A stretch of 64,000 nt of DNA from Candidatus Hydrothermarchaeum profundi (GCA_002011125.2 MTMF02000009.1:611095-675094); one strand, 5' to 3'. Numbered from the stretch's first letter, positions 10,163-20,495 are shown. A program made the numbers and translations. Notes: generated from the letters alone by a model not told the origin.

Positions 10163-11425
10163 ATGAGGTCTAAGGAATTCTTCGAAGAAGCTAAAAAAGT
10201 CCTCGTGGGCGGTGTCAACTCTCCAGTTAGAGCTATGAAACCTTATCCTTTTTTTACCGGGAGAGGAGAAGGATGCCGTATTTTTGATGTTGACGGAAAA
10301 AGTTATATAGATTATTGCTTGGCGTATGGGCCTTTAATATTGGGACATGCGTATCCTAAGATAGTTAATGAGCTTAAGGAGCAGTTGAAAAAGGGTACCG
10401 TCTATGGTACTCCCACAGAGCTGGAGATAAGGTTTGCTGAAAAAATTGTTAAACTTGTTCCTAGTGCGGAGATGGTAAGGTTTGTAAACACGGGTACTGA
10501 AGCTACTATGGCCGCTATTAGACTTGCTAGGGGATATACTGGGAGAAGGAAGATAGTTAAATTCGAGGGAGCTTTTCATGGTGCACATGACTATGTCCTT
10601 GTTAAAGCGGGAAGTGGTGCAACGACTCATGGGGTGCCTGATTCTTATGGCATTCCAGAGGAGACTACAAGGAATACTATAGTAGTGCCCTTTAATAACC
10701 CGGATGCTATCGAGAAGATAGTTAAAGATAAAGATGTTGCAGCTATTATACTAGAGCCTATAATTGGGAATTCTGGATGTATCCTTCCTAAGGAGGGATA
10801 TCTAGAGTTTCTTAGAGAAGTCACCCAAGAAAATGGTATTCTGCTCATATTTGATGAAGTAATTACAGGTTTTAGGGTATCTTTAGGAGGCGCTCAGAAG
10901 TATTATAATGTGTTGCCTGACATTACTACACTAGGCAAAATTTTAGGGGGGGGATTACCTATTGGAGCAATAACTGCCAGTAGAGAAATCATGGAATATT
11001 TTTCTCCACTGGGTAAAGTATACCAGGCTGGAACATTTAATGGGAATCCTCTCTCTATGGTGGCAGGGTATACAGCTATTAGCGAGCTTGAAGATGGACA
11101 GGTTCATAAAAAATTGGAAAAACTAGGAAATAAAATGCGTGAGGGACTTGAAGAGATATGCGATGACCTTAGGATAGATGCAAGGATCTATGGGATAGCC
11201 TCAATGTTTCAAATTTACTTTACAGACAAGGATGTAGTTGATTATAGAACTGCTCTATCTGCTGACAAGGAATTATTTTTAGAGTTCCAAAGAAAGCTGC
11301 TTGAAAATGGCGTATTTTTCCCTCCTTCACAGTTTGAGTGTAATTTTATCTCCTATGCGCATAGGGATGAAGAAATAGAACAAACTTTAAGTGCTGTCAG
11401 TCAGGCGTTAAAAGAGTTAAAATGA
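10163..11425 (+). CDS. hemL: Glutamate-1-semialdehyde 2,1-aminomutase
   Basis: GGVNSPVRA, FDEVITGFR, LGKILGGGLP, YQAGTFNGNP; start set at ATG 10163. Confidence 0.95.
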   Translation: MRSKEFFEEAKKVLVGGVNSPVRAMKPYPFFTGRGEGCRIFDVDGKSYIDYCLAYGPLILGHAYPKIVNELKEQLKKGTVYGTPTELEIRFAEKIVKLVPSAEMVRFVNTGTEATMAAIRLARGYTGRRKIVKFEGAFHGAHDYVLVKAGSGATTHGVPDSYGIPEETTRNTIVVPFNNPDAIEKIVKDKDVAAIILEPIIGNSGCILPKEGYLEFLREVTQENGILLIFDEVITGFRVSLGGAQKYYNVLPDITTLGKILGGGLPIGAITASREIMEYFSPLGKVYQAGTFNGNPLSMVAGYTAISELEDGQVHKKLEKLGNKMREGLEEICDDLRIDARIYGIASMFQIYFTDKDVVDYRTALSADKELFLEFQRKLLENGVFFPPSQFECNFISYAHRDEEIEQTLSAVSQALKELK

Positions 11426-12336
11426 AACTAATTATTGGTACTAGAGGAAGTAAGCTCGCACTTCGGCAAAGTGATCTTGTTGTATCTCTGTTAATAGAAA
11501 AATTCCCAGAGCTTACTTTTGAAAAAAAGATTATAAAAACAACTGGAGACAAGATTACTGATGCTCCTCTAGCAAGAATAGGGGGGAAAGGTCTTTTTGT
11601 TAAGGAGATTGATGAAGCGGTTGCTAAGGGAGAAGTTAGTTTTGCAGTTCACAGCATGAAAGACGTTCCTGTAGACCTTATAGATGGTTTGGAAATCGTC
11701 TGTGTACCGAGGAGAGAAGAAGTTAATGATGCTTTGATCTCTAAGAAGGGATTAAGGATAGATGAGTTGCCTAGCGGGTCTACTATAGGTACAAGTAGTT
11801 TGAGAAGGAAGGCCGAAGTCTTAAATTATAGGAAAGATCTTGTAGTAAAGGACCTGAGGGGAAATGTCGATACACGCATACGGAAATTAAAGGAAGGACA
11901 ATATGATGCCATCATAATGGCTAAAGCGGGATTGAAAAGAATGGGACTTGATAGGTATATTACGCAGGACTTACCTCTGAAGCATTTTTATCCTTCAATA
12001 GGGCAGGGTGCTATTGCGGTTGTAGCGAAAAAAGATTTTGGAGCTAAAGGATATTTGGAATCGATAAATCACAAAGAAAGCATGTTCGCAGTTATTGCTG
12101 AAAGAGCCTTATTAAAGGAACTGGGAGGAGGGTGCCAGGTTCCTATAGGTGCGGTTACGTGTGTTAACGCTAGGTTAGAACTTAATGCAGCTGTTTTTTC
12201 ACCTGATGGGAAAAAGAAAATTGAGGTAACGTTACTTGGTAAGTTGAAGGATGCCGAAGATATAGGCAAGAAGGCGGCTAGACTTCTTATCGAAAAAGGA
12301 GCAGATAATATTTTGAAACAAATATATAAGAAATGA
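11422..12336 (+). CDS. hemC: Hydroxymethylbilane synthase (porphobilinogen deaminase)
   Basis: IGTRGSKLAL.Q, VHSMKDVP, GTSSLRR, LGGGCQVPIG. Confidence 0.95.
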   Translation: MKLIIGTRGSKLALRQSDLVVSLLIEKFPELTFEKKIIKTTGDKITDAPLARIGGKGLFVKEIDEAVAKGEVSFAVHSMKDVPVDLIDGLEIVCVPRREEVNDALISKKGLRIDELPSGSTIGTSSLRRKAEVLNYRKDLVVKDLRGNVDTRIRKLKEGQYDAIIMAKAGLKRMGLDRYITQDLPLKHFYPSIGQGAIAVVAKKDFGAKGYLESINHKESMFAVIAERALLKELGGGCQVPIGAVTCVNARLELNAAVFSPDGKKKIEVTLLGKLKDAEDIGKKAARLLIEKGADNILKQIYKK

Positions 12337-12393
12337 TTTACATGTTAGAAAAAATTTATATCCAAGTTTTATTAAAGAAAAAGGTGATTAATA

Positions 12394-12771
12394 ATGGCTC
12401 TTTGGCAGGGAAGATCTACTAGGAAGATAACTGGAGGACGTCTTAGGCGACATAGAAAAAAGAGAAAAAGGGAGATGGGGCGAGAACAAATTGAAATAAA
12501 ATTAGGTGAATCTAAATCCAAAAAGATTAAAGCTCGAGGTAATAATTATAAGATAAGGTTGATTAATGCCGAATATGCAGAGATAGTGGATCCTAAAACT
12601 AAAAAAAGTGAAAAAGTTAAAATATTATCCGTAATCGAGAACACAGCAAACCCTCACTATGTAAGGAGGAATGTTATAACCAAAGGGGCGATAATTGAAA
12701 CCGAAAAAGGTAAAGCTAGAGTAACCTCTCGCCCTGGTCAAGAGGGAAGCGTAAGCGCCGTCCTACTTTAG
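12394..12771 (+). CDS. rps8e: 30S ribosomal protein S8e
   Basis: [33 protein letters not shown]. Confidence 0.95.
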   Translation: MALWQGRSTRKITGGRLRRHRKKRKREMGREQIEIKLGESKSKKIKARGNNYKIRLINAEYAEIVDPKTKKSEKVKILSVIENTANPHYVRRNVITKGAIIETEKGKARVTSRPGQEGSVSAVLL

Positions 12772-12786
12772 GAGGATAAATAAAAG

Positions 12787-14031
12787 GTGCCAGATTGGCT
12801 TATAATCTTTGAATTTGTGGTATTAGTAGTTTTGATATTGCTTTCAGGCGTTTTTTCAGGAGCTGAGATTGCTCTTTTCTCGCTTAATAAAATAAAAATC
12901 AAAAAATTAGCTGAAGATGGAAATAAGAACGCTATTTTAATAGAAGATCTTTTGAGCCGTCCGAATAGATTGCTTGCAACGATTTTAATTGGTAATAACT
13001 TGATCAATATATCAGCTGCCGCTATCGCGACCTCGCTTGCCATCAAATATATGGGTAGTAAAGGTATAGGTTTAGCCACCGGGCTAGTTACTTTATTTGT
13101 GTTAATCTTTGGGGAAATAACACCTAAAGGCATTGCAACCAAAAACGCTGAAAAAATATCGTTGTTTTTATCGAGACCAATATATATGCTTGTAAAAGTT
13201 TCTTATCCTTTGGTCAAACTATTAACTTTAATCACTCGTCCTTTGATTAATCTTTTTGGAGGAGAGTCTAAAAGCCCATTTATCACTGAGGGAGAAATAA
13301 AAATGTTAGTTGAGCTAGGTGAGAGGGAGGGAGTCATAGAGAAAGAAGAAAAAGAAATGATAAAAGGAATATTTGAGTTCGGTGAAACTACGGCAAAGGA
13401 AGTCATGGTTCCTCGAATAGATATGCGGTGCATTGAAGCAAATAAAACTATAAGTGATGCTATTAAACTTGTGTTAGAAACTGGGCATTCTCGTATCCCT
13501 GTTTATGAAGGAAGTATAGATAACATCATTGGAATACTATATACAAAAGACATATTCAATTATCTCGATAAAATGGAGCTTCAAGTTAAACACCTTGTAA
13601 GAACTGCTTACTTTGTTCCAGAATCTAAAAAATTAGATGAAATATTAAGGGAGATGCAGGATAAAAAAATCCAGATCGCGATAGTTGTTGATGAATATGG
13701 TGGTGTAGCAGGGTTATTAACATTAGAGGATGTTATTGAAGAAATTGTTGGAGAGATTTGGGAAGAGCATGAAGTGGTAGAAAAGCCTATTCAAGAGATT
13801 GATAGTAAATCTGCTATAGTGCTATCTACAGCAAGTATAGAAGATGTCAATGAAGCGCTTGGCCTTTATCTTCCAGAAGGAGAATTTGAAACAATAGGTG
13901 GACTTTTTTTTAACGCATTAGGTAAAGTTCCTGTAGTGGGCGACGTTGTGGAAATAAATGGAGTGAAACTAATAGTAGAAAAGATGAGAGGTAGGAGGAT
14001 TTTAAGTTTAAAAGTAATTAAAGAAGCATAA
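12787..14031 (+). CDS. CNNM/HlyC-CorC family Mg2+ transport protein (DUF21 + CBS pair + CorC)
   Basis: SG.FSGAE.A, FGEITPK, VMVPR, GHSRIPVY, VDEYGG..G..T.ED. Confidence 0.9.
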   Translation: MPDWLIIFEFVVLVVLILLSGVFSGAEIALFSLNKIKIKKLAEDGNKNAILIEDLLSRPNRLLATILIGNNLINISAAAIATSLAIKYMGSKGIGLATGLVTLFVLIFGEITPKGIATKNAEKISLFLSRPIYMLVKVSYPLVKLLTLITRPLINLFGGESKSPFITEGEIKMLVELGEREGVIEKEEKEMIKGIFEFGETTAKEVMVPRIDMRCIEANKTISDAIKLVLETGHSRIPVYEGSIDNIIGILYTKDIFNYLDKMELQVKHLVRTAYFVPESKKLDEILREMQDKKIQIAIVVDEYGGVAGLLTLEDVIEEIVGEIWEEHEVVEKPIQEIDSKSAIVLSTASIEDVNEALGLYLPEGEFETIGGLFFNALGKVPVVGDVVEINGVKLIVEKMRGRRILSLKVIKEA

Positions 14032-14032
14032 A

Positions 14033-14803
14033 GTGGAAAACTTTAAATCAGGAGGATTACGCTCTAATTTTAATATGAGGAAACTCCCTGACCCTCTTGT
14101 TCACACCATCATGGTGCTTGCATTTTTAATGATGTTTTTTAATGTTGTGTTTGTTGAGGATGAGAATATCTATAGGGGGGTAACGTTTCTTTTCCTTTTT
14201 ATATTCGGCTTTTTGATTTTTAATCAACTTTATGGAAAGATTGATGAAGGAAGAATTGGACCAAGAAAAAAAGTACTTTTGTATTCTGAACTCCTAGGAA
14301 AAAGTGTATTGATTAAATACACCCCTTTAAGCCACTACGAGCAAATTATATCTGAAATCGTTGAACATTTTGTAGAAAAGATTCCTATTTTAATAATATC
14401 CACTTTACCTAAATCTAATTTATATTTCGAAGCTTTTGAAAGAGAGATCAAGAAAGGAAAAGTTAAGCTGGTAGAAATCACGATAACTGGAACCCGCTCA
14501 GCAAATACAACTCCAATGAAACTCCCTATTTCGGAACTTGATTGGTTGAGAGAAGTTTATGCTGAGATACCTAAAGGGGGCATAATAATATTTGAACCCT
14601 TATCTGATACTATAATTAACCTAGGTTATTTGCCAAGTTATAAATTAGTGAGGCATTGGATTGAGATGTGTTCAGAAAAAAATCTGAGTTTTATAGCCTT
14701 ATTAAACTACACCTCACATCACAAGGAGACAATAAGTGCTTTCGAAGGGCTGTTTCTTACGGTTGCTCTTGTCGAAGACAAAAAATTGCTCAAAGTGAGA
14801 TAA
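14033..14803 (+). CDS. Membrane-anchored protein with a degenerate KaiC/RecA-like (DUF835-like) domain
   Basis: Two N-terminal hydrophobic helices, then a RecA-fold-like pattern (GKSVLIKY, IIIFEPLSD.I..LG, ..H....I...EGLF) with no intact Walker A. Confidence 0.5.
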   Translation: MENFKSGGLRSNFNMRKLPDPLVHTIMVLAFLMMFFNVVFVEDENIYRGVTFLFLFIFGFLIFNQLYGKIDEGRIGPRKKVLLYSELLGKSVLIKYTPLSHYEQIISEIVEHFVEKIPILIISTLPKSNLYFEAFEREIKKGKVKLVEITITGTRSANTTPMKLPISELDWLREVYAEIPKGGIIIFEPLSDTIINLGYLPSYKLVRHWIEMCSEKNLSFIALLNYTSHHKETISAFEGLFLTVALVEDKKLLKVR

Positions 14804-15563
14804 GACTTTCGAGCGTTTCTTTACTTTTTACTGCAGAGGGTTCATTCTTAGATTCTATCATGATATATTCATATTTTTTAAAGTAGGGGATCAAGTTTTT
14901 AATATTCATTGTTCCTTTTCCGATTTCCATATGCATGTCACTTTTCCCATCATTATCATGAAGATGTAAGTGCCGTATCCGAGTATTTAGTTTTCTAAAA
15001 TATTCTATTACATCACCACATGTGTGGGCGTGGCCTACATCAAGCGTTAAAAAAAGCCGACCGTCTTCATTTAAAACGCTCTGGATCTCATCTAATGATG
15101 AAAACATCGATCCATAGAAGTTTGGAGAGTTTTCTACACAAAGCGTTAGGTTATAGTTTGAAGCATAATCTAGTATCGCCTTTAGGCTTTCTATTTGGGT
15201 CTCTCTTGCCTTATCAGGAAAAAACATGCCTAGAGGGGATATTCTGCCAGGATGTATGTTTATGAGAAGTGCATCCAGAACTCTCGAGATTTCAATAGCG
15301 TCATAAATCTGATTCAATGTTTCTTGTCTAATTTTTTCATTAAGGCTCGCGATATTCAAATCTGAAAAGGGAGCATGAATAAATATAGGCAAAGAATATG
15401 AACTTAACAAGTTTTTAAAATTTCTATAGTTGTTTCTATAATGTTTCCCTTCAAGTACAATTTCCCAAGCTTCAAAACCTATTTCATTAATTCTCCGTAG
15501 AGCGTTTTCTAAAGAATAATTAAAAAATGCAAGAGAAGAGGCTCCTATCTTCATAGTGAACAA
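14790..15563 (-). CDS. Sugar phosphate isomerase/epimerase (AP endonuclease 2 TIM barrel)
   Basis: HAPFSDLNIAS, HPG, VEN, LDVGHA, HLHDNDG..D.H. Confidence 0.85.
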   Translation of the reverse strand: MFTMKIGASSLAFFNYSLENALRRINEIGFEAWEIVLEGKHYRNNYRNFKNLLSSYSLPIFIHAPFSDLNIASLNEKIRQETLNQIYDAIEISRVLDALLINIHPGRISPLGMFFPDKARETQIESLKAILDYASNYNLTLCVENSPNFYGSMFSSLDEIQSVLNEDGRLFLTLDVGHAHTCGDVIEYFRKLNTRIRHLHLHDNDGKSDMHMEIGKGTMNIKNLIPYFKKYEYIMIESKNEPSAVKSKETLESLISL

Positions 15564-15585
15564 TCAGACCCAAGATTAATAAAAA

Positions 15586-16575
15586 TTATGCATCAGCCAT
15601 GCTGTTTACTTTTCGAAAAATAAGTGCGGTTGCCTCTAGGGTTACTGATAATTCTGTGTCTGGCTTCCATAGAAGATTAGAGGAACACTTAGGACATTTA
15701 TAATCTAACTTAAAAATCTCTTCGAATGATAGTATATAATTATCTTTTTCGCAAATAAAATAGCCATCTTCAATCTCATTTACTAATTTCATAAGTTTTT
15801 CCGCATTTTTTTGGCAAATTTTCTTTAATAAAAATTTTATTCTTTCTCTATTTATTGAACACTTTATATTTTCTTGTTTTAAGGCTATATTGTCAGTATA
15901 CGGGATTTTAATAGAAATAAATCCTTTATCGTAGAGTGAATGTAATATCTCATTAGCCTTTTTAGGGTCCTTCCCAGTTTTTTGGATGAGTTCAGTATAT
16001 TTAATTTCTCGGTCAATAGCCTTCAATATTCTTTTTTCGTCCTCGCTTTCTACTAGTTCAACAATGTCAATAGTTCCCCCGTTTCGGTAGGCATTAAAGC
16101 AGTATTCTAAAAATTTCTTATTAATATTACATTTGGTGGAGATAGTGAAAATTATATCCCTAATTTTCTCTTCTTTCATGGTTTTTATACACATTTTTTT
16201 GCTATGAGCCCTTCTCTCCCTTAGCGGAGTATTTTCCCATTTCTTTAAACTTAAATTCTTAAAATAATCTTTTCCAAAAATTTCTTTCTTTTTTTTGGTC
16301 GCTTGGAGGTGATATTTTAGCTCTTTTTGTCCATCTACAAATACTTCGATATTGTCTTTTATACTTTCATAATCTATTTTAGTTTTTTTAAGAATTATAT
16401 CTAAACTTTTCTTTGGAATCCAATTTGATGTTTTACCTATCCTCCTAAATGTATGGAAAGGTACGCCGCAGTTGGAAGCCGCCATTTTGTGGCTTTTAAA
16501 ATTCTTTACATATCTTTCTTTTATTTCAAACCAAACATCACTATCTTTAAAGTATACCCAAACTTGGGTTGACAT
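15586..16575 (-). CDS. Hypothetical protein with C-terminal TFE-like winged helix and Zn ribbon
   Basis: 'ELIQKTG...ANEILHSLYDKGFIS' followed by 'YFICEKD..ILSFEEIFKLDYKCPKCSSNL' mirrors TFE architecture; extra basic N-terminal half. Confidence 0.55.
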   Translation of the reverse strand: MSTQVWVYFKDSDVWFEIKERYVKNFKSHKMAASNCGVPFHTFRRIGKTSNWIPKKSLDIILKKTKIDYESIKDNIEVFVDGQKELKYHLQATKKKKEIFGKDYFKNLSLKKWENTPLRERRAHSKKMCIKTMKEEKIRDIIFTISTKCNINKKFLEYCFNAYRNGGTIDIVELVESEDEKRILKAIDREIKYTELIQKTGKDPKKANEILHSLYDKGFISIKIPYTDNIALKQENIKCSINRERIKFLLKKICQKNAEKLMKLVNEIEDGYFICEKDNYILSFEEIFKLDYKCPKCSSNLLWKPDTELSVTLEATALIFRKVNSMADA

Positions 16576-16592
16576 TTTCTCAATTATAATTT

Positions 16593-16626
16593 AATTATGT
16601 GCATATACTTGTAAATTATGTGCATA
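16593..16626. promoter_or_regulatory. Tandem 13-bp direct repeat (AATTATGTGCATA x2) in a divergent intergenic region; candidate operator
   Basis: Identical copies at 16593-16605 and 16614-16626, 21-bp period, each with a near-palindromic TATGTGCATA core. Confidence 0.6.
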
Positions 16627-16639
16627 AAATTTTTATTCT

Positions 16640-17506
16640 ATGGAAAAATATAAGATATCTATGAAAAAAAAGAGGATTCACACTACACTTAGTGAAGAAG
16701 CGTATAGGATACTTCAAAAATTTGAAGGTGAGGCGGGAGGTAAAAATGCAGTATTGGAAAAAGCATTGCATAATTTAGATAAAACACGTTATAAAGCAAA
16801 AATATCTTTAAGAAGTTTCATATCTACTATCAGAAGGATTGAGAGCGGTACACCCGGATTTGATAACTTAATTGAAGGAGGTATCCCAGAAGGATCTGTA
16901 GTAGTTATTACAGGACCTCCAGGAACCGGAAAAACAACATTTTCTTTACAGTTCCTGAAAAGAGGAGCTGAACTAAAAGAAAAAGGGTTATATTTCTCAT
17001 TTGAAGAAGATGCCGAGCAACTAGTGCAACAGTGTTTTAGATTTGGATGGAACTTAAGCAAGTATGTTGAAGATGGTATAATAGAAATTTTCGGTTTTTC
17101 ATTATTAACTTCCGAAGAAATTGCAGATATTTTGGAGAGTTATAACCCAAAGCGCGTAGTTTTTGATTCTATAAATATTTTTTCAAACATGCAGGATTTC
17201 AGGAAAAGCTCCTCATGGAGGGCGGTTCTTAAAACTTTAAAGAAAAACAAGATTACTAGCTTTATGATAACTGAAAAGCAATATGGTTTAGAGGCCAAGA
17301 GATTCGATAATTTTGATTTTATGGGAGATGGCCTAGTCTTTATGGACAGAGTTGTAAGTGAAAAAGAGGATATCTTCTTAATTGCTGTAAAAAAGATGAG
17401 AGGTACTAAAATAGATGGAAGACCAAAACTTTTCAGGTTTAGTGAGAAGGGAATTGAAGTGAGTGACATATCCCCTATAGGTTTTACGATTTTCAAAGTC
17501 GGATGA
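16640..17506 (+). CDS. KaiC/RAD55-family ATPase with N-terminal ribbon-helix-helix-like domain
   Basis: RIHTTLSEEAYRIL RHH-like start; SGTPGFDNLIEGGIP, GPPGTGKT, FSFEE, VVFDS, VKKMRG. Confidence 0.85.
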   Translation: MEKYKISMKKKRIHTTLSEEAYRILQKFEGEAGGKNAVLEKALHNLDKTRYKAKISLRSFISTIRRIESGTPGFDNLIEGGIPEGSVVVITGPPGTGKTTFSLQFLKRGAELKEKGLYFSFEEDAEQLVQQCFRFGWNLSKYVEDGIIEIFGFSLLTSEEIADILESYNPKRVVFDSINIFSNMQDFRKSSSWRAVLKTLKKNKITSFMITEKQYGLEAKRFDNFDFMGDGLVFMDRVVSEKEDIFLIAVKKMRGTKIDGRPKLFRFSEKGIEVSDISPIGFTIFKVG

Positions 17507-17509
17507 AAT

Positions 17510-17914
17510 TTAGATTGTTGAGGGTGCTAGCCAATCAATAAGTTTGTCTATTTCCTTATCTCTAATCTCTACTCTTATTGACCCTAAAAGGTGAGATTTT
17601 GAAATATCATCTTGGGAAGTCTTTAAAAAATTAACAATACCCATATATGCAGCTTGCTTATTAAGTTCAAAGACGACTTTTTCTTTGTCTATCGAGGATT
17701 TTAAAATTTTTCTCGCTGAATCTAGGATATACTGGCTACGTATTAAGCTATAAAGTTTATTTAAACTTTTTTTGTTTTTTGCAGAACCAATAACAGATGT
17801 TTTGCCGTCTTTTTTCACAAGTTGGACTTCTAAATCGAATAAATTTGAAACTGCTTTCTTAACTCTCTCAGGATCCTCAGTAGGAAAAAGCTCTGCACTA
17901 ACTATGACTTCCAT
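17510..17914 (-). CDS. UPF0201/DUF54 RNA-binding protein
   Basis: PTEDPERVKKAV.NLF, ILDSAR, LNKQAAY.G, IDWLAP.T. Confidence 0.85.
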   Translation of the reverse strand: MEVIVSAELFPTEDPERVKKAVSNLFDLEVQLVKKDGKTSVIGSAKNKKSLNKLYSLIRSQYILDSARKILKSSIDKEKVVFELNKQAAYMGIVNFLKTSQDDISKSHLLGSIRVEIRDKEIDKLIDWLAPSTI

Positions 17915-17977
17915 ATAAAAAGCTTGATAAAGGCAATTTTATATATTTTGGTGGATTTCATTTGATAAGGTGAAAAA

Positions 17978-19207
17978 ATGTTAAATGTCGAACAATCTTG
18001 GGTAGGGCAAGCAGTCTGGATGGCTTTATTTTTCGTATTTATAATGATCTATCCTAAGTATCTATTATACAGAATGATAGCGGATATGGAGGAAGTCGCG
18101 GCAACCTTGGAAGAATATACTAAAGATGCTATTAATCTTATCATCGAATCCGCAAAAAAAAGAGGTAAACCCGAGGGGGATATAAGGAGAACTGTAGAAA
18201 ATGCCATGGAATTTTTCTTGATACCTCCTGTTGACTTAGACCCGTATGGGATATTAGTCAAAGTAGAACATCTAGTGGATAAGGCAGAGGATAGGTTTAA
18301 CTCTATTGCTGAATCAATAGCTCCAGAAGCAGATTCGGTCTGGAAATCTAACATAGTTTCTCTAGTTAAAGGCGGAGTTGGATTAAACAATATCGCTAAA
18401 ATCGTTCGCCATTATGTGGAGTTTGTTAAGAAGTTCAATAACCTCCAAATGGCTATGATTATGCAGATGCAGCTTCCTATAATAAAGAAGATAGCTAAGG
18501 CACAGAAAAAAGGGATCGAAGCTATCTCTGAGGGCAAACCTATTGGAGATGGGGTAGGGCCTCTAGTTGCTGCTACCCTGGTAAAGGACGGTAACTCCTA
18601 CGAAATAGCTAAGGATGTAATATGTAGCGAGGTAAATATTGACAGCAAAAAAGTTTATGTAATAAAGGCGAATGGTCCTGGAGCTAATCTAGGTAAATTG
18701 GGAGATGCTGTAAAAAAGCTATGTGAAAAAAACAATGTAGCGAAAATAATTACAGTAGATGCTAGCTTAAAGCTTGAAGGAGAAAAAACGGGTAAAGTTA
18801 CGGAAGGTATCGGTGCTGCAATTGGGGATCCTGGTCCAGAGAAAGCCAAGATGGAAGAGATTGCTGCAAAGAAAAATATTCCACTAGAAGCTTATGCGAT
18901 TAAAATGTCCCTTGAAGAAGCTATTTCTCCAATGACGAAGGATATAGGCGATGCTGTACCTCGGGCTGTGGAATTTATCGAAGATAGTATAAAAAGGGCA
19001 AAGAGCGACAGCGGTGTTATTGTAGTGGGGGTTGGAAATACATGCGGCATTGGAAATTCTTATAGTTCGGTAAAAGACCTACAATTGCCTGAAAAGGAGG
19101 AAGAAGAAGAAAAGATTCCTACCATAGATAGATTTATCAAAACTTTAGTGAAGAAACCGAAAAAACCTGAGGAAAAGCCGCAAGAGAAAGTAAAGGTAGG
19201 CAACTAA
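17978..19207 (+). CDS. DUF1512-family archaeal protein
   Basis: I.PVDLDPYG, PIGDGVGPLV, IITVDA.LKLEGE.TG...EG.GAAIG, GVGNT.GIG. Confidence 0.75.
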   Translation: MLNVEQSWVGQAVWMALFFVFIMIYPKYLLYRMIADMEEVAATLEEYTKDAINLIIESAKKRGKPEGDIRRTVENAMEFFLIPPVDLDPYGILVKVEHLVDKAEDRFNSIAESIAPEADSVWKSNIVSLVKGGVGLNNIAKIVRHYVEFVKKFNNLQMAMIMQMQLPIIKKIAKAQKKGIEAISEGKPIGDGVGPLVAATLVKDGNSYEIAKDVICSEVNIDSKKVYVIKANGPGANLGKLGDAVKKLCEKNNVAKIITVDASLKLEGEKTGKVTEGIGAAIGDPGPEKAKMEEIAAKKNIPLEAYAIKMSLEEAISPMTKDIGDAVPRAVEFIEDSIKRAKSDSGVIVVGVGNTCGIGNSYSSVKDLQLPEKEEEEEKIPTIDRFIKTLVKKPKKPEEKPQEKVKVGN

Positions 19208-19244
19208 TTATAGGGGAGTTTATAGAGAGCTATCTTTAATTATT

Positions 19245-20093
19245 ATGAGCAAACAAGTAACCCTACTTATAATATTATTAATGTTTTCTATTACCCAGTT
19301 GCTTGGAACTTTTTTTCAGCTCACTATATTTGAAATAGAGAAACGGGATAATCCGCATTTTACAAAGCAGACTTCTGAAAGTCTGTCACCATATAGAGGT
19401 TCTAATATACCTCTTTTCCTATTGCCGATAGCTTTTGTTATTATGCTAAACGTATACCTTTTCCTCTTCAGATTTTCTTTGATATTGAAGTTAGCTAAAG
19501 CCTACATTTACATCTTTTCAATAATATGTTTCGCTATCACAACGCAGATAATCGGAGCCTATATACTCACACCCTACCTTCAAAACATCAATCTAATATT
19601 ATCGCTATTAGTGCCATCTTTCCTACTAGTTTTAGGTAAATTAAAAAACATAGTAAATAACATATTAGGGATAAGTCTCTGCGGTATTACAGGTAGTTTT
19701 TTGGCTTCTTTTTTTACTGTAAATAGCATGTTGGCGTTGTTAGGTATTATTTCTTTTTTAGATTATTATTTTGTTATCCGTGAAAAGAAGATTCCTAGAA
19801 TAGTTGAAACTTTGAGTGATTACGAAATACCTCTCGCAATAAGTTACTCCTCAAAGTCGATAGAATACCAGCTTGGGTATGGGGATTTAATTTTTGCTAC
19901 AGGTATTACGGTAGCTTTTTTTATAGATATAGATTTATTATCGGCTATTAGGACTATAGCATTTACTACGCTTTTTCTAATGCTCTATATAATTTCGTTA
20001 TCCAAGAAAGAAGGAGGTAAACCTTATCCAGCGATACCAGCCATATTCGCTGGTGGAGTAGTTAGCGCTATTTTTGGCGTGCTGCTGCTCTAA
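19245..20093 (+). CDS. Presenilin/signal-peptide-peptidase-like intramembrane aspartyl protease
   Basis: Multi-TM protein with 'FLDYY', 'LGYGDL' (GxGD) and 'PAIP' (PAL-like) motifs. Confidence 0.7.
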   Translation: MSKQVTLLIILLMFSITQLLGTFFQLTIFEIEKRDNPHFTKQTSESLSPYRGSNIPLFLLPIAFVIMLNVYLFLFRFSLILKLAKAYIYIFSIICFAITTQIIGAYILTPYLQNINLILSLLVPSFLLVLGKLKNIVNNILGISLCGITGSFLASFFTVNSMLALLGIISFLDYYFVIREKKIPRIVETLSDYEIPLAISYSSKSIEYQLGYGDLIFATGITVAFFIDIDLLSAIRTIAFTTLFLMLYIISLSKKEGGKPYPAIPAIFAGGVVSAIFGVLLL

Positions 20094-20493
20094 GAGGGCT
20101 TGGACCTATTTTCTTAATAGTATTAGTAAATTCCTTTACGATAGTAGCAAACTTCTCTCCCTCCGCTGCAGAAACCCAATCGAGCATCAGTCTCTCTTTT
20201 TCAATACCCATATTCTCAAGGATTTCGTGTACGAGGGTCACTCTTCTCTTTGCTTTATAGTTTCCTGCTACATAGTGACAGTCACCAGGATGGCATCCTG
20301 CTACCATAACTCCATCTGCACCCTCTGAGAAAGCTTTTAAAATAAACTGAGGGTCCATCCGCGCCGTGCACATCACTCTTATTGCCCGGATAGATGGGGG
20401 ATACTGGATCCTGCTGGTACCTGCTAAGTCCGATCCGGCGTAAGAGCACCAATTACACAAGAAAGCCAAGATTTTAGGTTCAAACTCTGCCAT
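20068..20493 (-). CDS. mvhD: Methyl-viologen-reducing hydrogenase delta subunit (2Fe-2S)
   Basis: [37 protein letters not shown]. Confidence 0.95.
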   Translation of the reverse strand: MAEFEPKILAFLCNWCSYAGSDLAGTSRIQYPPSIRAIRVMCTARMDPQFILKAFSEGADGVMVAGCHPGDCHYVAGNYKAKRRVTLVHEILENMGIEKERLMLDWVSAAEGEKFATIVKEFTNTIKKIGPSPLRAAARQK

Positions 20494-20495
20494 TT

